Of a stretch of DNA of 64,000 bases, positions 1-9,698 are shown piece by piece (position 1 is the stretch's first letter; each line of letters opens with the position of its first letter). Both the position numbers and the translations under genes were made by a program. The DNA comes from Candidatus Babeliales bacterium (GTDB taxonomy: Bacteria; Babelota; Babeliae; Babelales; JACPOV01). The stretch is from the NCBI GenBank assembly GCA_050250855.1, contig JBFWNW010000003.1, forward strand, positions 96,001 through 160,000. Reading direction: 5' to 3'. A model generated the notes under the pieces. The model saw only the letters and a list, made by a program, of their open reading frames with translations, ran no database searches and was not told the DNA's origin.

Positions 1-411
1 TGAAATTCTTTGCATACGAACTTCAGTATAACGCATTGCCGCTGCGTTATCACCATCTATAGAACCCCAGTTACCTTGACCATCTAGTAATGGATAACGT
101 TTTGAAAAATCCTGCACCATCCCAACCATAGTATTATAAACGGCTTGGTCACCATGTGGATGATATTTACCCATTACGTCCCCAACGATACGTACTGATT
201 TGTGATATGGTCTATTATAATAAAAACCAAGTTGGTCCATGGTGTATAAAATACGCCTGTGTACCGGCTTAAGCCCATCACGAATATCAGGAATAGCACG
301 ACTGACTACAACTGACATCGCATAATCAAGAAATGAACTTTTTAATTCATCTTCAATTAAAACAGGTTTTAAACTTCCATCATTTTTTTTAATATCATTG
401 GCCAATGCCAT
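1..411 (-). CDS. gyrA: DNA gyrase subunit A, N-terminal part (runs off window start)
   Basis: Manual translation of the minus strand from ATG at 411: MALANDIKK...[32 protein letters not shown]...[14 protein letters not shown]...[15 protein letters not shown]. Not in the ORF track. Confidence 0.95.
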   Translation of the reverse strand, partial: MALANDIKKNDGSLKPVLIEDELKSSFLDYAMSVVVSRAIPDIRDGLKPVHRRILYTMDQLGFYYNRPYHKSVRIVGDVMGKYHPHGDQAVYNTMVGMVQDFSKRYPLLDGQGNWGSIDGDNAAAMRYTEVRMQRIS

Positions 412-601
412 TTTTTTCCCTTTGCGCAATTTTTTTATGAAATCACACTGCTTAAAAAAATGGAGCGACTAGAAGCAGCTTTTCATTACATTTATAGAAT
501 ACCTTAAATTAATGTAATAAACAAGTTCACAAAAAAGCTACCCTCTTGTAATTTTTTTTACTTTTTTACTATGCTTATAAAAAACTAGAGAGGAGAACTT
601 T

Positions 602-1105
602 ATGAACTTAAAATACCTATTCTTATATTTAAGCTTTTCTTGTTCACTCGTCAATATAATCCTACCCACACCACCGACTGAGACAAAGTGCTCCTACTCT
701 CTCTTTGATTTTATTATAGGGCTGTTTACCCCTGAAGAATCAGAGAATCACAATTCAACACCTCTGCAATCCATTAATGCTCAAAAACCTTATACCTATT
801 ATGATCTTGATGCAAAAAATACGCGACGCTATTTAAAAACACTCGTACAAGATGCACAAAAAAATACCATAACAAATGAAGAAATTGAAAAGAGATTAGA
901 ACCTCTCATGAATTTTACGGCAAACTGGGCATTTTTACCGAGTATTCTTATGAAGATCATTATGAAAGAAGAAAATATAGAGAAATTTACCTTATTAGCT
1001 GACAGCAAAAACCCTACGGCTCAAAAGCTCAGTGCTGCCTATCGCACCACTGCTCTAAAGATTAATGAAAAACTGAAAAAGCACCAACCTATTCATTTTG
1101 ATTAA
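602..1105 (+). CDS. Hypothetical protein with hydrophobic N-terminus (possible signal peptide)
   Basis: 167-aa ORF with GGAG RBS upstream; no recognisable family. Confidence 0.6.
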   Translation: MNLKYLFLYLSFSCSLVNIILPTPPTETKCSYSLFDFIIGLFTPEESENHNSTPLQSINAQKPYTYYDLDAKNTRRYLKTLVQDAQKNTITNEEIEKRLEPLMNFTANWAFLPSILMKIIMKEENIEKFTLLADSKNPTAQKLSAAYRTTALKINEKLKKHQPIHFD

Positions 1106-1155
1106 GTAACAGAAACTCCTTGCTGAATTAAAAAATTTTATATACATTCTTGTGA

Positions 1156-1515
1156 AATATAAAAAATATCTCATCCGATGCCAAAGCGTCTCATAAGTTT
1201 ATACAAAAATTTCCATCAAACGAAGATATTGATGTAATAAAAAGTGTTCTATCTCATAAGGAACGTCATTATTTTAATAAAATTGAAAAAAAGGCAAAAA
1301 AATACAACCTCATACAACAATACTTACCCGCTCGTAAAAAAGAAAGATGTGCATATCTCATAGCAATTGCCAAATCTCCTCAAAAATGCTTAGCTTTTTT
1401 AGAACAATTTAAAACCACAAAAGAGCTAAAGCTTATAAAAAGCATGCTATCTAAAAAAGAACAAAAATTATTTGAAAAAATTGAACAACAAGCAAAACAA
1501 GCAGCACAACTATAG
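1156..1515 (+). pseudogene. Open frame of ~119 codons with no canonical start near its 5' end; possible gene remnant or ATA-initiated gene
   Basis: Reads NIKNISSDAKASHKF...EQQAKQAAQL* after an in-frame TGA at 1153-1155; contains an internal repeat; followed by a hairpin. Confidence 0.4.
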
Positions 1516-1528
1516 CACAAACTAGATT

Positions 1529-1561
1529 AGGGCTTAGAGATTATCTGTTTTTCTAAGCCCT
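1529..1561 (+). terminator. Hairpin, probable terminator
   Basis: AGGGCTTAGA...TCTAAGCCCT inverted repeat. Confidence 0.55.
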
Positions 1562-1688
1562 CTATAAAAAATAATCTACCTAGCCTCTTTTCCCATCTTG
1601 TCCAATCAAACGATACCCTTCATAAATTCTGGCACTATGCTATACTCTCTAGTACATACCTAATCCTTTACTAAATAAAGATATAATC

Positions 1689-3512
1689 ATGAGTTTTAAA
1701 AAGAATCTTGCCAATTTCACCCCTGATAAAATTAGAAATTTCTCTATTATTGCCCATATTGACCATGGTAAGTCAACCCTTTCAGATAGACTACTGGAAA
1801 CAACCGGCACATTAACAGATCGCACCAAAGCTGACCAGTTTTTAGACAAACTCCAGGTTGAAAAAGAACGCGGCATCACCGTAAAAGCACAAACTGCTTC
1901 CATGGTGTACACCTACAATGGCCACGATTACCTCCTTAATTTAATTGACACTCCGGGACATGTAGATTTTAGCTATGAAGTTTCTCGTTCTTTATACGCC
2001 TGCCAAGGAGCTTTATTGCTTACTGATGCATCCCAAGGCGTTGAAGCACAAACAATGGCAAACTTCTTTTTGGCATTCGAACAAGATTTAACTATCATTC
2101 CTGTTATTAATAAAATCGATTTACCAACGGCTGACGCTGAAAAAGTTCAGAAAGAGCTGAAATCTCTTTTTGATTTTTCTCCTGAAGAAACAGTACTTGC
2201 TTCTGCTAAAGCTGGCTTAGGTATTGATGACATTTTACAAGCTATTATTAAACGCATTCCAGCACCACAAGGAAGTACTGAAAAACCACTCAAGGCTCTT
2301 CTTTTTGACTCGTGGTATGATGAATATAAAGGTGTTATGTGTCTTATCGCCCTTGAAGATGGTGCATTAAAAAAAGGTGATAGCGTTAGCCTTGCACAAA
2401 CTGGTGAAAGTTATGAAGTTTTAGAACTCGGCCTTATGTACCCTAATGAAACCCCAACTGATGAACTCTATGCAGGTCAAGTAGGTTACGTGGTGACCGG
2501 TATGAAAACCGTTAAAGAAGCACGCGTTGGAGATACCATGTTTCACACCAAACAACCAGTCAAACCATTTCCTGGTTTTAAACCGGCAAAACCGATGGTT
2601 TTTGCAGGAATTTATCCTATTGATAACTCTGAATTTGAGCAACTGCGTACGGCAATAGAAAAACTAACGCTTAATGATGCCAGTGTAACGGTAGAAAAAA
2701 AGTCATCTACTGCTTTAGGTTTAGGTTTTCGTTGTGGCTTTTTAGGCCTTTTGCATATGGAAGTATTTAAACAACGCCTTGAGCAAGAATATGATATTAC
2801 CGCCATTGTTACCGCACCAAGTGTGCTCTATAAAATAAAAATTAAAAATTCTGAAGAAATTTTAAATGTGGAAAGCCCTTCAGACTTTCCCGATCCTAAT
2901 ATTATAGAAGAAATACGCGAGCCTATGATTAATGCCACCATAATTCTACCAAAAGAATATTTGGGGGCCATTTTAAAATTATGCCAAGAAAAGCGTGGTC
3001 AACAAAAGGATATGCGTTTCTTGACTGAAGATCGTGTTATTTTAAATTACCTTTTGCCGTTAACGGAAGTTGCTACCGATTTTTATGATCAATTAAAATC
3101 GATCAGTTCAGGGTATGCAAGCTTTGACTATGAAGAATCTGGCTACCAGCCTTCAGATTTAGTCAAGATGGATATTCTGCTCAATGGTAAACCAATTGAT
3201 GCACTTTCTTTAATTGTTCATAGAGATAAGGCGTATTATATCGGCCGCGAATTGGTAGAACGCCTTAAAAACGTTATAAAAAAGCAACTTTTTGAAGTTG
3301 TGATTCAAGCTGCTATCGGTTCAAAAATCATTGCCCGCGAAACAATTTCTGCTTACCGCAAGCAGGTAATTGCTAAATGTTATGGTGGTGATATTACCCG
3401 AAAACGTAAGCTTTTAGAAAAGCAAAAAGAAGGTAAAAAGAAGATGAAGCAGCTTGGTTCTGTTGAAGTTCCGCATGATGCTTTCTTGGCAATCCTCAAG
3501 AAAACTGAATAA
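1689..3512 (+). CDS. lepA: Elongation factor 4 (LepA/GUF1)
   Basis: IRNFSIIAHIDHGKSTLSDRL, DTPGHVDF, GFRCGFLGLLH and KCYGGDITRKRKLLEKQKEGKK motifs. Confidence 0.98.
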   Translation: MSFKKNLANFTPDKIRNFSIIAHIDHGKSTLSDRLLETTGTLTDRTKADQFLDKLQVEKERGITVKAQTASMVYTYNGHDYLLNLIDTPGHVDFSYEVSRSLYACQGALLLTDASQGVEAQTMANFFLAFEQDLTIIPVINKIDLPTADAEKVQKELKSLFDFSPEETVLASAKAGLGIDDILQAIIKRIPAPQGSTEKPLKALLFDSWYDEYKGVMCLIALEDGALKKGDSVSLAQTGESYEVLELGLMYPNETPTDELYAGQVGYVVTGMKTVKEARVGDTMFHTKQPVKPFPGFKPAKPMVFAGIYPIDNSEFEQLRTAIEKLTLNDASVTVEKKSSTALGLGFRCGFLGLLHMEVFKQRLEQEYDITAIVTAPSVLYKIKIKNSEEILNVESPSDFPDPNIIEEIREPMINATIILPKEYLGAILKLCQEKRGQQKDMRFLTEDRVILNYLLPLTEVATDFYDQLKSISSGYASFDYEESGYQPSDLVKMDILLNGKPIDALSLIVHRDKAYYIGRELVERLKNVIKKQLFEVVIQAAIGSKIIARETISAYRKQVIAKCYGGDITRKRKLLEKQKEGKKKMKQLGSVEVPHDAFLAILKKTE

Positions 3513-3594
3513 GCTCGATTCTTGAAAAAAAGAATGCATATTGTTTACACTAAAAAAAAGAGCCTCGGCACAAACGTTAACATGTGGAGAAATC

Positions 3595-4707
3595 ATGGCA
3601 GAATCTGAGAATAAACAAGGTAGCTTGGTGCTCAACCAACCCTTGGAATTTTCTGGTAATATTTTTATCTATTACGCCTTTGATATAGGTGATGATATCA
3701 ATTTGGAAAAAATTGAAACCTTACCAGGAATTATTGCGCGCCCTTTAAAGATCTCTAAACATTTTAAGGGATACCATGTTCCTCTTGCCATTGATTTACC
3801 GCATCCTCATTCAAGCTCTCGTTGCATAGGGGTAAAAATCTATAATTTTGGTGTTATATCCCTTATTTATCAAATACCATTTTCTCAGACAACCCTCTTG
3901 AATTTAAGAACTAATTTAAGTTTACTTGATTCTGAATTTAGCGAACAAAGTGTTGAAGATGCGCATTCTGTCTTCAAACAAATAAAAAATCATATAAAAC
4001 AAGCGCGTTTTTTCCATTTACGCACCTCATACTTTGTAGTCCAAGTTGATCAACAGCCAGAACTTGTTACCGTTTCTGACCTTAAAAAGAATAATGGTGG
4101 CGTTATAGCTTCTTTACTTAGATTTGAAACAGAAAGTTTATCTGAGTACCAGAAAAATGAAATTCTAGATTCTGCTATGGGGTATTATCGTGGGGATTTA
4201 ATTATTATCGATACTGATAGCGCCTTCGTTTACGATGATGAATATACAGAAATTTTGGACCTCTTTGAGTTTGCTAATATTCAGCATGTTGAGCTACAAT
4301 ATTATGACCGCGTCCTTGATCAGCAGCTTAATAAAGTATATCAACGCGAGCTAGGAGCTCCAGCACTCAAATCTTATATTCCTCTGCTGAGTATTTTCAC
4401 TAAAGATCCCGTTACCGCATTAGGACTCTTGCGCGTAGAAATTTCTGTTATTATTGAGCGCTTGGAAAGCACGTTAAAAGCAACTGCTGAAGCTTACGTT
4501 ACTGAAACCTATGATTTATTGGCAGAAAAGCTTGAGCTGAAAAGCTGGAAAGATTCTATTGATAAAAAATTAGAAATTATCAAAGATATTTATCAAGTTC
4601 ATCAAAATAAGATCGATGTTAACAAAGAAGATTTACTCTCTGTGCTGATTATTATTCTTATTTTCATTGAGCTCATTATTGGTATTTTGAGTTATATGAA
4701 GGGATAA
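3595..4707 (+). CDS. Conserved hypothetical protein with C-terminal TM helix (RMD1/DUF155-like)
   Basis: ATG at 3595 after GGAGA. YAFDIG, IYNFGVISL and the C-terminal LLSVLIIILIFIELII resemble the RMD1/YagE architecture. Confidence 0.55.
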   Translation: MAESENKQGSLVLNQPLEFSGNIFIYYAFDIGDDINLEKIETLPGIIARPLKISKHFKGYHVPLAIDLPHPHSSSRCIGVKIYNFGVISLIYQIPFSQTTLLNLRTNLSLLDSEFSEQSVEDAHSVFKQIKNHIKQARFFHLRTSYFVVQVDQQPELVTVSDLKKNNGGVIASLLRFETESLSEYQKNEILDSAMGYYRGDLIIIDTDSAFVYDDEYTEILDLFEFANIQHVELQYYDRVLDQQLNKVYQRELGAPALKSYIPLLSIFTKDPVTALGLLRVEISVIIERLESTLKATAEAYVTETYDLLAEKLELKSWKDSIDKKLEIIKDIYQVHQNKIDVNKEDLLSVLIIILIFIELIIGILSYMKG

Positions 4708-4732
4708 AAATAATCTTTAAAAAAGGAGAACC

Positions 4733-5506
4733 ATGAATAAACTTTCAATACTTGTAGGTGCCTGCTTTGTATGCACTGCATACTCTAGTGAGCTCTCTAA
4801 TGAGTTATCGCAGCTTAATCAGCAGCTTACGCAGCTTACTGAGCAACTCGAAGATATAGAGATGGCTCCTCTTAGGGAAGAAATAATGCCATTTATTTTT
4901 CAAAAACAACCAATCCCGCAAGAGCTCATAACTAAAATCAAAAATACTGGTCTTTACAATGAACTCGAGATCGCTCTTTTAGAGGGAAACACGCAAACTG
5001 TTAAAGATCTTATTGCAAAAACACCAACCATGGTTAATACACCAGGTGATAAAGGCGGAACACCCTTAATGCTTGCAGCAGTATTAGGTAATCTAGAAAT
5101 GGTCAATTTGCTCATTGCAAACAAGGCTGACGTTAATGCTACAAGTGGGGATGGCATGACAGCATTACTGGCGGCTACTTGGCTAAATCATAATGATATA
5201 GTTAAGATTCTTCTTACTGCAGGCGCAGACCCTAATATACAATCTGGGGGCATGACAGCATTACTGGTAGCAAGCTTCACGATAAACCTTGAAGGAGTTA
5301 AAACTCTTCTTGAGCATAACGCCGACCCTTCCCTAAAAAACAACAATGAATATACAGCTCTTGATCTTGTGCAAGATGATGCTACAAAGCAAAAAAAGGA
5401 ACTAACAAATATGGGGCTACCTGCAGAAGAAGTAGAAAAAAGAATACAAAACAAACCAGAAATAATTAAGCTCTTGCAAGAAGCTCTGCAAAAGCACCAG
5501 AAATAA
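4733..5506 (+). CDS. Secreted ankyrin-repeat protein
   Basis: Signal peptide, coiled-coil, then GGTPLMLAA, GMTALLAA, GMTALLVA and YTALDL ankyrin repeats. Confidence 0.9.
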   Translation: MNKLSILVGACFVCTAYSSELSNELSQLNQQLTQLTEQLEDIEMAPLREEIMPFIFQKQPIPQELITKIKNTGLYNELEIALLEGNTQTVKDLIAKTPTMVNTPGDKGGTPLMLAAVLGNLEMVNLLIANKADVNATSGDGMTALLAATWLNHNDIVKILLTAGADPNIQSGGMTALLVASFTINLEGVKTLLEHNADPSLKNNNEYTALDLVQDDATKQKKELTNMGLPAEEVEKRIQNKPEIIKLLQEALQKHQK

Positions 5507-5510
5507 TTAG

Positions 5511-5528
5511 AGGGCCCTTTGGGGCCCT
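5511..5528. terminator. Hairpin between convergent genes
   Basis: AGGGCCC-TTTG-GGGCCCT. Confidence 0.6.
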
Positions 5529-5537
5529 TCTTATAAT

Positions 5538-6053
5538 CTAATAAGCAACCGCCACTTTTGCAGGACGCAGAACTTGGCCATTCAAAAGATACCCTTTTTG
5601 CAATACCTCAACAATGGTTCCTGGCTGGCGGCCTTCTGCTTGCACCTGCATAACTGCTTCATGAAGTTCAGGATCAAAGGTTGTACCCGCTTGAATTTCT
5701 GAAACGCCATGTTTTTCTAAAAACTTATAAAGCTCTTTTGCTATCATTGAAACGCCTTGGCGCAACGTTTGGCACGTAGCATCTTCTTGTTCACTCTCTA
5801 ATGCTCTTTCAAGGTTATCAATAATAGGTAAAAGATCGTATAAAATATCCGTTTTTACCATTCTATTCAGGTGAGCGCTATCCTTTTCTATCCTTTTTTT
5901 GTAATTCTGCAAATCAGCAATAGAACGCATATATTTATCTTTCCATTCTGCTGATTCTTGCTCACATTTTTTTAACGCTTCCTGAGCATCGGCTTGCTGG
6001 CCTTGCGCTTGCATTGCCACTTCTTCTGAAATATTTTTTTCTTGATTTTGCAT
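5538..6053 (-). CDS. grpE: Nucleotide exchange factor GrpE
   Basis: ADLQNYKKR, LLPIIDNLERAL, FDPELHEAV and QKGYLLNGQVLRPAKV; ATG at 6053 with GAGG RBS. Confidence 0.96.
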   Translation of the reverse strand: MQNQEKNISEEVAMQAQGQQADAQEALKKCEQESAEWKDKYMRSIADLQNYKKRIEKDSAHLNRMVKTDILYDLLPIIDNLERALESEQEDATCQTLRQGVSMIAKELYKFLEKHGVSEIQAGTTFDPELHEAVMQVQAEGRQPGTIVEVLQKGYLLNGQVLRPAKVAVAY

Positions 6054-6221
6054 GTAAAACCTCAAGTAGTCTGCTTTTTAATTAATCTATATCTGTTTTT
6101 TTTAGTATACCATATGGGCATGCGCTGACAACCAAATAACAACCTTTACTTGCCCAGAAAGAAAAAGTCGTTGTACACTAGAAAGAAAATTTATCTCATC
6201 TTCCCGTCAAAAAGGTATAGC

Positions 6222-7484
6222 ATGAAGCGTTTTAAAATTTTTTTAATATTGACAGCAACAATCCAGATTTCGTTGGCCATAGACAATCCTCATTTCTATA
6301 GAGCGCTCTACTTTTGGGGTGAACCACGCCTTGAATTTCCATGGCTTGCCAGCTTTGATATTTCTTTAGGAGGTGGCAATACCCATACAGCACGTAATAG
6401 TAATGGCAAAAAAACACCGCTTTTGAATATCTATGGGCCGCACAATATGCACAAACTTGGTGCTGATGTTCCTGGCTTGAATCCTGCAAATCCTTTAGAT
6501 GCTATTCTTATAAATCTTGATGCCATTCCAGATCGTCCAGGATTTGGGCAGCTTTTATTTTCTGGTAAATTTCAGATTATTGAAAGCTATTTAAATGTTT
6601 ATCAAAACTTAATCAATGGCTTTTTCTTACAGGCAAATATACCCATTCGTAAATTAAAAATAACCCAAATCGCGTATGAAGATCTTTCGCCCGATGATAC
6701 AATATTTCCTAATAAAAATACCCCTGTTTGGCAGGAATTCTTAGCAAATTTTAATGCTATTTTGAACCAATTTGACCTCAAACTTAAAGGCGCTGACCGC
6801 ACTGACGTTGGCGATTTAGCCATTCTTGGCGGATGGACAACTAATTATGAAAACACTAAACATCTTGATTATATTGATGTTACGGCAAAATTGGGAGTGC
6901 TCTTTCCAACAGGAAAACGAAAAAAGCTCTCAAGACCCTTTGATATTCCTCAAGGATATGATGGATTTTATGGAGTTCCCTTAAAATTTGATATTTCTCT
7001 GGGTGCTCTTGAATGGTTAACGCTCGGATCGCACCTTGGTGCGCTTTTTTTTATTGAACGAGGCAGTAAAAATATCCGCATGAGAACCAATGAACAACAA
7101 AATGGTTTTATTAAACTTACGTATGGTGATGCAAAAATTGACCAGGGAACCATTTGGGATTATTCGGGTTATATTAAAGCAGATCATGTTATACGCGGAC
7201 TTTCTTTCCTGTGCGGCTATTCCTACAACAAAAAAGATCGCGATTGCTTAGAACCAAAAAACAGTATGGTCTTTGATCCCCTTGTTGTCAATAAAGATCG
7301 GGAATATCTAAGCTGGCGCATGCATACCATGCATTTTATTATTGAATATGATTTTGCCCAAAAGCCAACCCAGCCTGGTTTGCGGATAGCATTTTTCCAC
7401 AACCGCATTGTTGGCGGCAAACGTATTTTTGATACCAATGTTTACGCGATAAATACTGGTGTTGATGTGGTATGGTGTTTTTAA
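6222..7484 (+). CDS. Secreted protein, putative outer-membrane beta-barrel
   Basis: ATG at 6222 with signal peptide MKRFKIFLILTATIQISLA; amphipathic strands; C-terminal GVDVVWCF resembles a beta-signal. Confidence 0.6.
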   Translation: MKRFKIFLILTATIQISLAIDNPHFYRALYFWGEPRLEFPWLASFDISLGGGNTHTARNSNGKKTPLLNIYGPHNMHKLGADVPGLNPANPLDAILINLDAIPDRPGFGQLLFSGKFQIIESYLNVYQNLINGFFLQANIPIRKLKITQIAYEDLSPDDTIFPNKNTPVWQEFLANFNAILNQFDLKLKGADRTDVGDLAILGGWTTNYENTKHLDYIDVTAKLGVLFPTGKRKKLSRPFDIPQGYDGFYGVPLKFDISLGALEWLTLGSHLGALFFIERGSKNIRMRTNEQQNGFIKLTYGDAKIDQGTIWDYSGYIKADHVIRGLSFLCGYSYNKKDRDCLEPKNSMVFDPLVVNKDREYLSWRMHTMHFIIEYDFAQKPTQPGLRIAFFHNRIVGGKRIFDTNVYAINTGVDVVWCF

Positions 7485-7966
7485 CAATCTTTTATTTCTA
7501 AGTTGCAGGCAAGGACCTTCTCTAAGGCCTTTTTAGTGTCCTCAACCATAGCACAGAACTCTGTTGCAAGCTGAGGTTCAGAGACTTCTATAAGTGTTAT
7601 TAAAATCAAATTTTTTTGATGTATATGCTCAACAATATCAAGCAAATAGGTAATATCTTCAGGCAGGTAATTATAAGCCTCTTGTTCATTGCAAGCAAGA
7701 ACCTCTGCCGCTCGATATATTTTAGTATAAAGATCCTTTAGATAGTTTGTTTGCAAAGCATCATCCAGCACTTGATTATTTGAAAGTATAAAGTCAAGAT
7801 CGTGGCACAGTTCCTTTGCAAGAACTTCTACGCGATAAAAGCAGGTCTGAGGATATAAATAATCAAGCGAAAAAAGATAGTTTTCACTCGAAAAATTAGT
7901 ATGCTCAAGGCCTAGGCTACAAAGCAATAGATAAAGCTTTTTTTTAAAATTTTTAATCACCAGCAC
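7481..7966 (-). CDS. Hypothetical protein
   Basis: 161-aa ORF, GTG start with GAGG upstream. Confidence 0.55.
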   Translation of the reverse strand: MLVIKNFKKKLYLLLCSLGLEHTNFSSENYLFSLDYLYPQTCFYRVEVLAKELCHDLDFILSNNQVLDDALQTNYLKDLYTKIYRAAEVLACNEQEAYNYLPEDITYLLDIVEHIHQKNLILITLIEVSEPQLATEFCAMVEDTKKALEKVLACNLEIKDC

Positions 7967-8124
7967 ACCTCACGTTTGTATCATGCTTTCTATATCTAGT
8001 CTCTCAATTATCTTTTCAGGTTGTCAATAATTGATGCGTAAATAAGTAGAAATTGTTACAAATTGAAAGGCTTGTGGCGTAAAAGTTAAAGTAAAGCTTT
8101 ATGCTGCAGGGAATCTAAAATTAC

Positions 8125-8391
8125 CTACTTGTCACATAGGTGAGGAAAACAACAGGTCAAAAAGCAAAAAAAACAGCATGCTGCCCTGCGTTTTTCATTC
8201 TGCATCCTTGTATGTGCAGATTCTATCATTTGAGCATTTTGCTTAAGCTGCTCTGTCTTTTGCTCTACAGACTGTAAGTTGTCCGTCTGCTCAATAAAGT
8301 CACGTAAATTCTGATGCTGTTGACCTTTATCCATGCTCTGTAATGATATAAAAGACGACTGCACTAATAAAAAAATAATTATTTTTTTCAC
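8125..8391 (-). CDS. Small secreted protein with Cys-rich C-terminal tail (paralog 1)
   Basis: Signal peptide ...ISLQS-MDK; ends CCFFCFLTCCFPHLCDK. Confidence 0.75.
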   Translation of the reverse strand: MKKIIIFLLVQSSFISLQSMDKGQQHQNLRDFIEQTDNLQSVEQKTEQLKQNAQMIESAHTRMQNEKRRAACCFFCFLTCCFPHLCDK

Positions 8392-8409
8392 AATATTTCC
8401 TTTATCTGT

Positions 8410-8643
8410 TTACTCATCACACAAATGAGGAAAACAACAGGTTAGAAAACACCAATAGCAAAAAACTTCTCTGCGCTCTTCGCCTATTAAAGCTTGCATT
8501 ACATACTGCTCAGCTGAAGAAGTTATAAGATATGTCGGAGGAGTCTTTTTTTCTGCTATAGCAAGCATAAGCAATGGTGTCTGGTCCATACTCTGCAATG
8601 ATATAAAAAATCCTGGTACTACTAAGAAAAACCTTTTTTTCAT
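8410..8643 (-). CDS. Small secreted protein with Cys-rich C-terminal tail (paralog 2)
   Basis: AGGAG RBS; ...ISLQS-MDQ; ends FCYWCFLTCCFPHLCDE. Confidence 0.75.
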   Translation of the reverse strand: MKKRFFLVVPGFFISLQSMDQTPLLMLAIAEKKTPPTYLITSSAEQYVMQALIGEERREVFCYWCFLTCCFPHLCDE

Positions 8644-8692
8644 GCATACTCTCCTTTTTTACTATGCTATGAAAAAGTATCTTAATACGTTC

Positions 8693-9247
8693 TTAAAATG
8701 GTAATTCATCAGGAAAAGGAGGTTCATCTTTAAAATTAACTTCTCCGCTTACCTGAGAACCAGATGCCGCATCATCAAAATCTTCATCTGATTGCACTAC
8801 TTCTTTTTTTTCAGCTTTTTTTGCTTTAGGTTTTGGCGCTTGTGATGCACCTAAAAACTCTTTTTCTAATTCTGAAGAAGCTGCTGCTTTATCTGCACCT
8901 TCTTCATCAGCTTGTGCTGAAGAAAGAAAGACTACACGATCAGCGACAATAGAATGTTTGCTGCGCTTTTGGCCTTCAGGGCTATCCCACATATCAAATT
9001 TCAAACGCCCTTCTACTAAAACTGGTCTTCCTTTTTGCAAATACTGGTGACAACTTTCTGCTTGTGGCCCAAAAACATCAACGTCAACAAAACATACTTC
9101 TTGCACCATAGAGCCTGTTTGCTTATTGCGATATTGACGATTTGAAGCAAGCCCCAACTGGCAAACTCCTTGGCCAGAAGGCAACTGTCTGTATTCTGGA
9201 TCACGCGTTAAATTACCAACCATTACTATGCGATTATAGCTTGCCAT
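8693..9247 (-). CDS. ssb: Single-stranded DNA-binding protein
   Basis: NRIVMVGNLTRDPE OB-fold start; acidic tail ending DELPF. Confidence 0.97.
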   Translation of the reverse strand: MASYNRIVMVGNLTRDPEYRQLPSGQGVCQLGLASNRQYRNKQTGSMVQEVCFVDVDVFGPQAESCHQYLQKGRPVLVEGRLKFDMWDSPEGQKRSKHSIVADRVVFLSSAQADEEGADKAAASSELEKEFLGASQAPKPKAKKAEKKEVVQSDEDFDDAASGSQVSGEVNFKDEPPFPDELPF

Positions 9248-9323
9248 AGTGTAATACCTTTCGTTTACGTTAAATTTTTCATGTTCGTATTATAGTACAA
9301 AAAGCCTTTGATTAAAGCAAAAT

Positions 9324-9698
9324 TTACTGAAGAACTGCTTGTACTTTGTTATAAGCTTGCATTATTTTCTTCTGACAATCAGTAAAAACTTCTTTAAATT
9401 CATGCAAAGCCGCATCATACTCTTGTAATTTTTTACCTTCTGCCTTAGCAAAAAAGCTATCCGCGCATTGTTCCAATAACTCTGTTGTCATTTTTATTGC
9501 TTGCTTTTGCATGAGAGCGTTATTTTTTATTGCATCATTATGGAGGACAATAACATCTGCAAGACAAGGTGCTATATTTTTTTCTTTAATAGCAGTATTA
9601 GAAACCTTTTTTGCTTTTTTTGGTACAATAAATGGTTCTGTTGCCCATAAAGCTATGCTACTGCATAAAAAAACACCTAAAGCTATTTTATAATTCAT
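9324..9698 (-). CDS. Hypothetical secreted protein
   Basis: Probable start MNYKIALGVFLCSSIALWA at 9698, overlapping the pgsA stop codon. Confidence 0.6.
   Translation of the reverse strand: MNYKIALGVFLCSSIALWATEPFIVPKKAKKVSNTAIKEKNIAPCLADVIVLHNDAIKNNALMQKQAIKMTTELLEQCADSFFAKAEGKKLQEYDAALHEFKEVFTDCQKKIMQAYNKVQAVLQ

Noticed and set aside
4799..4850. Short tandem GCAGCTTA repeats as a contingency locus
   Set aside because: Explained by Gln-Leu codons of the coiled-coil; imperfect and in frame.
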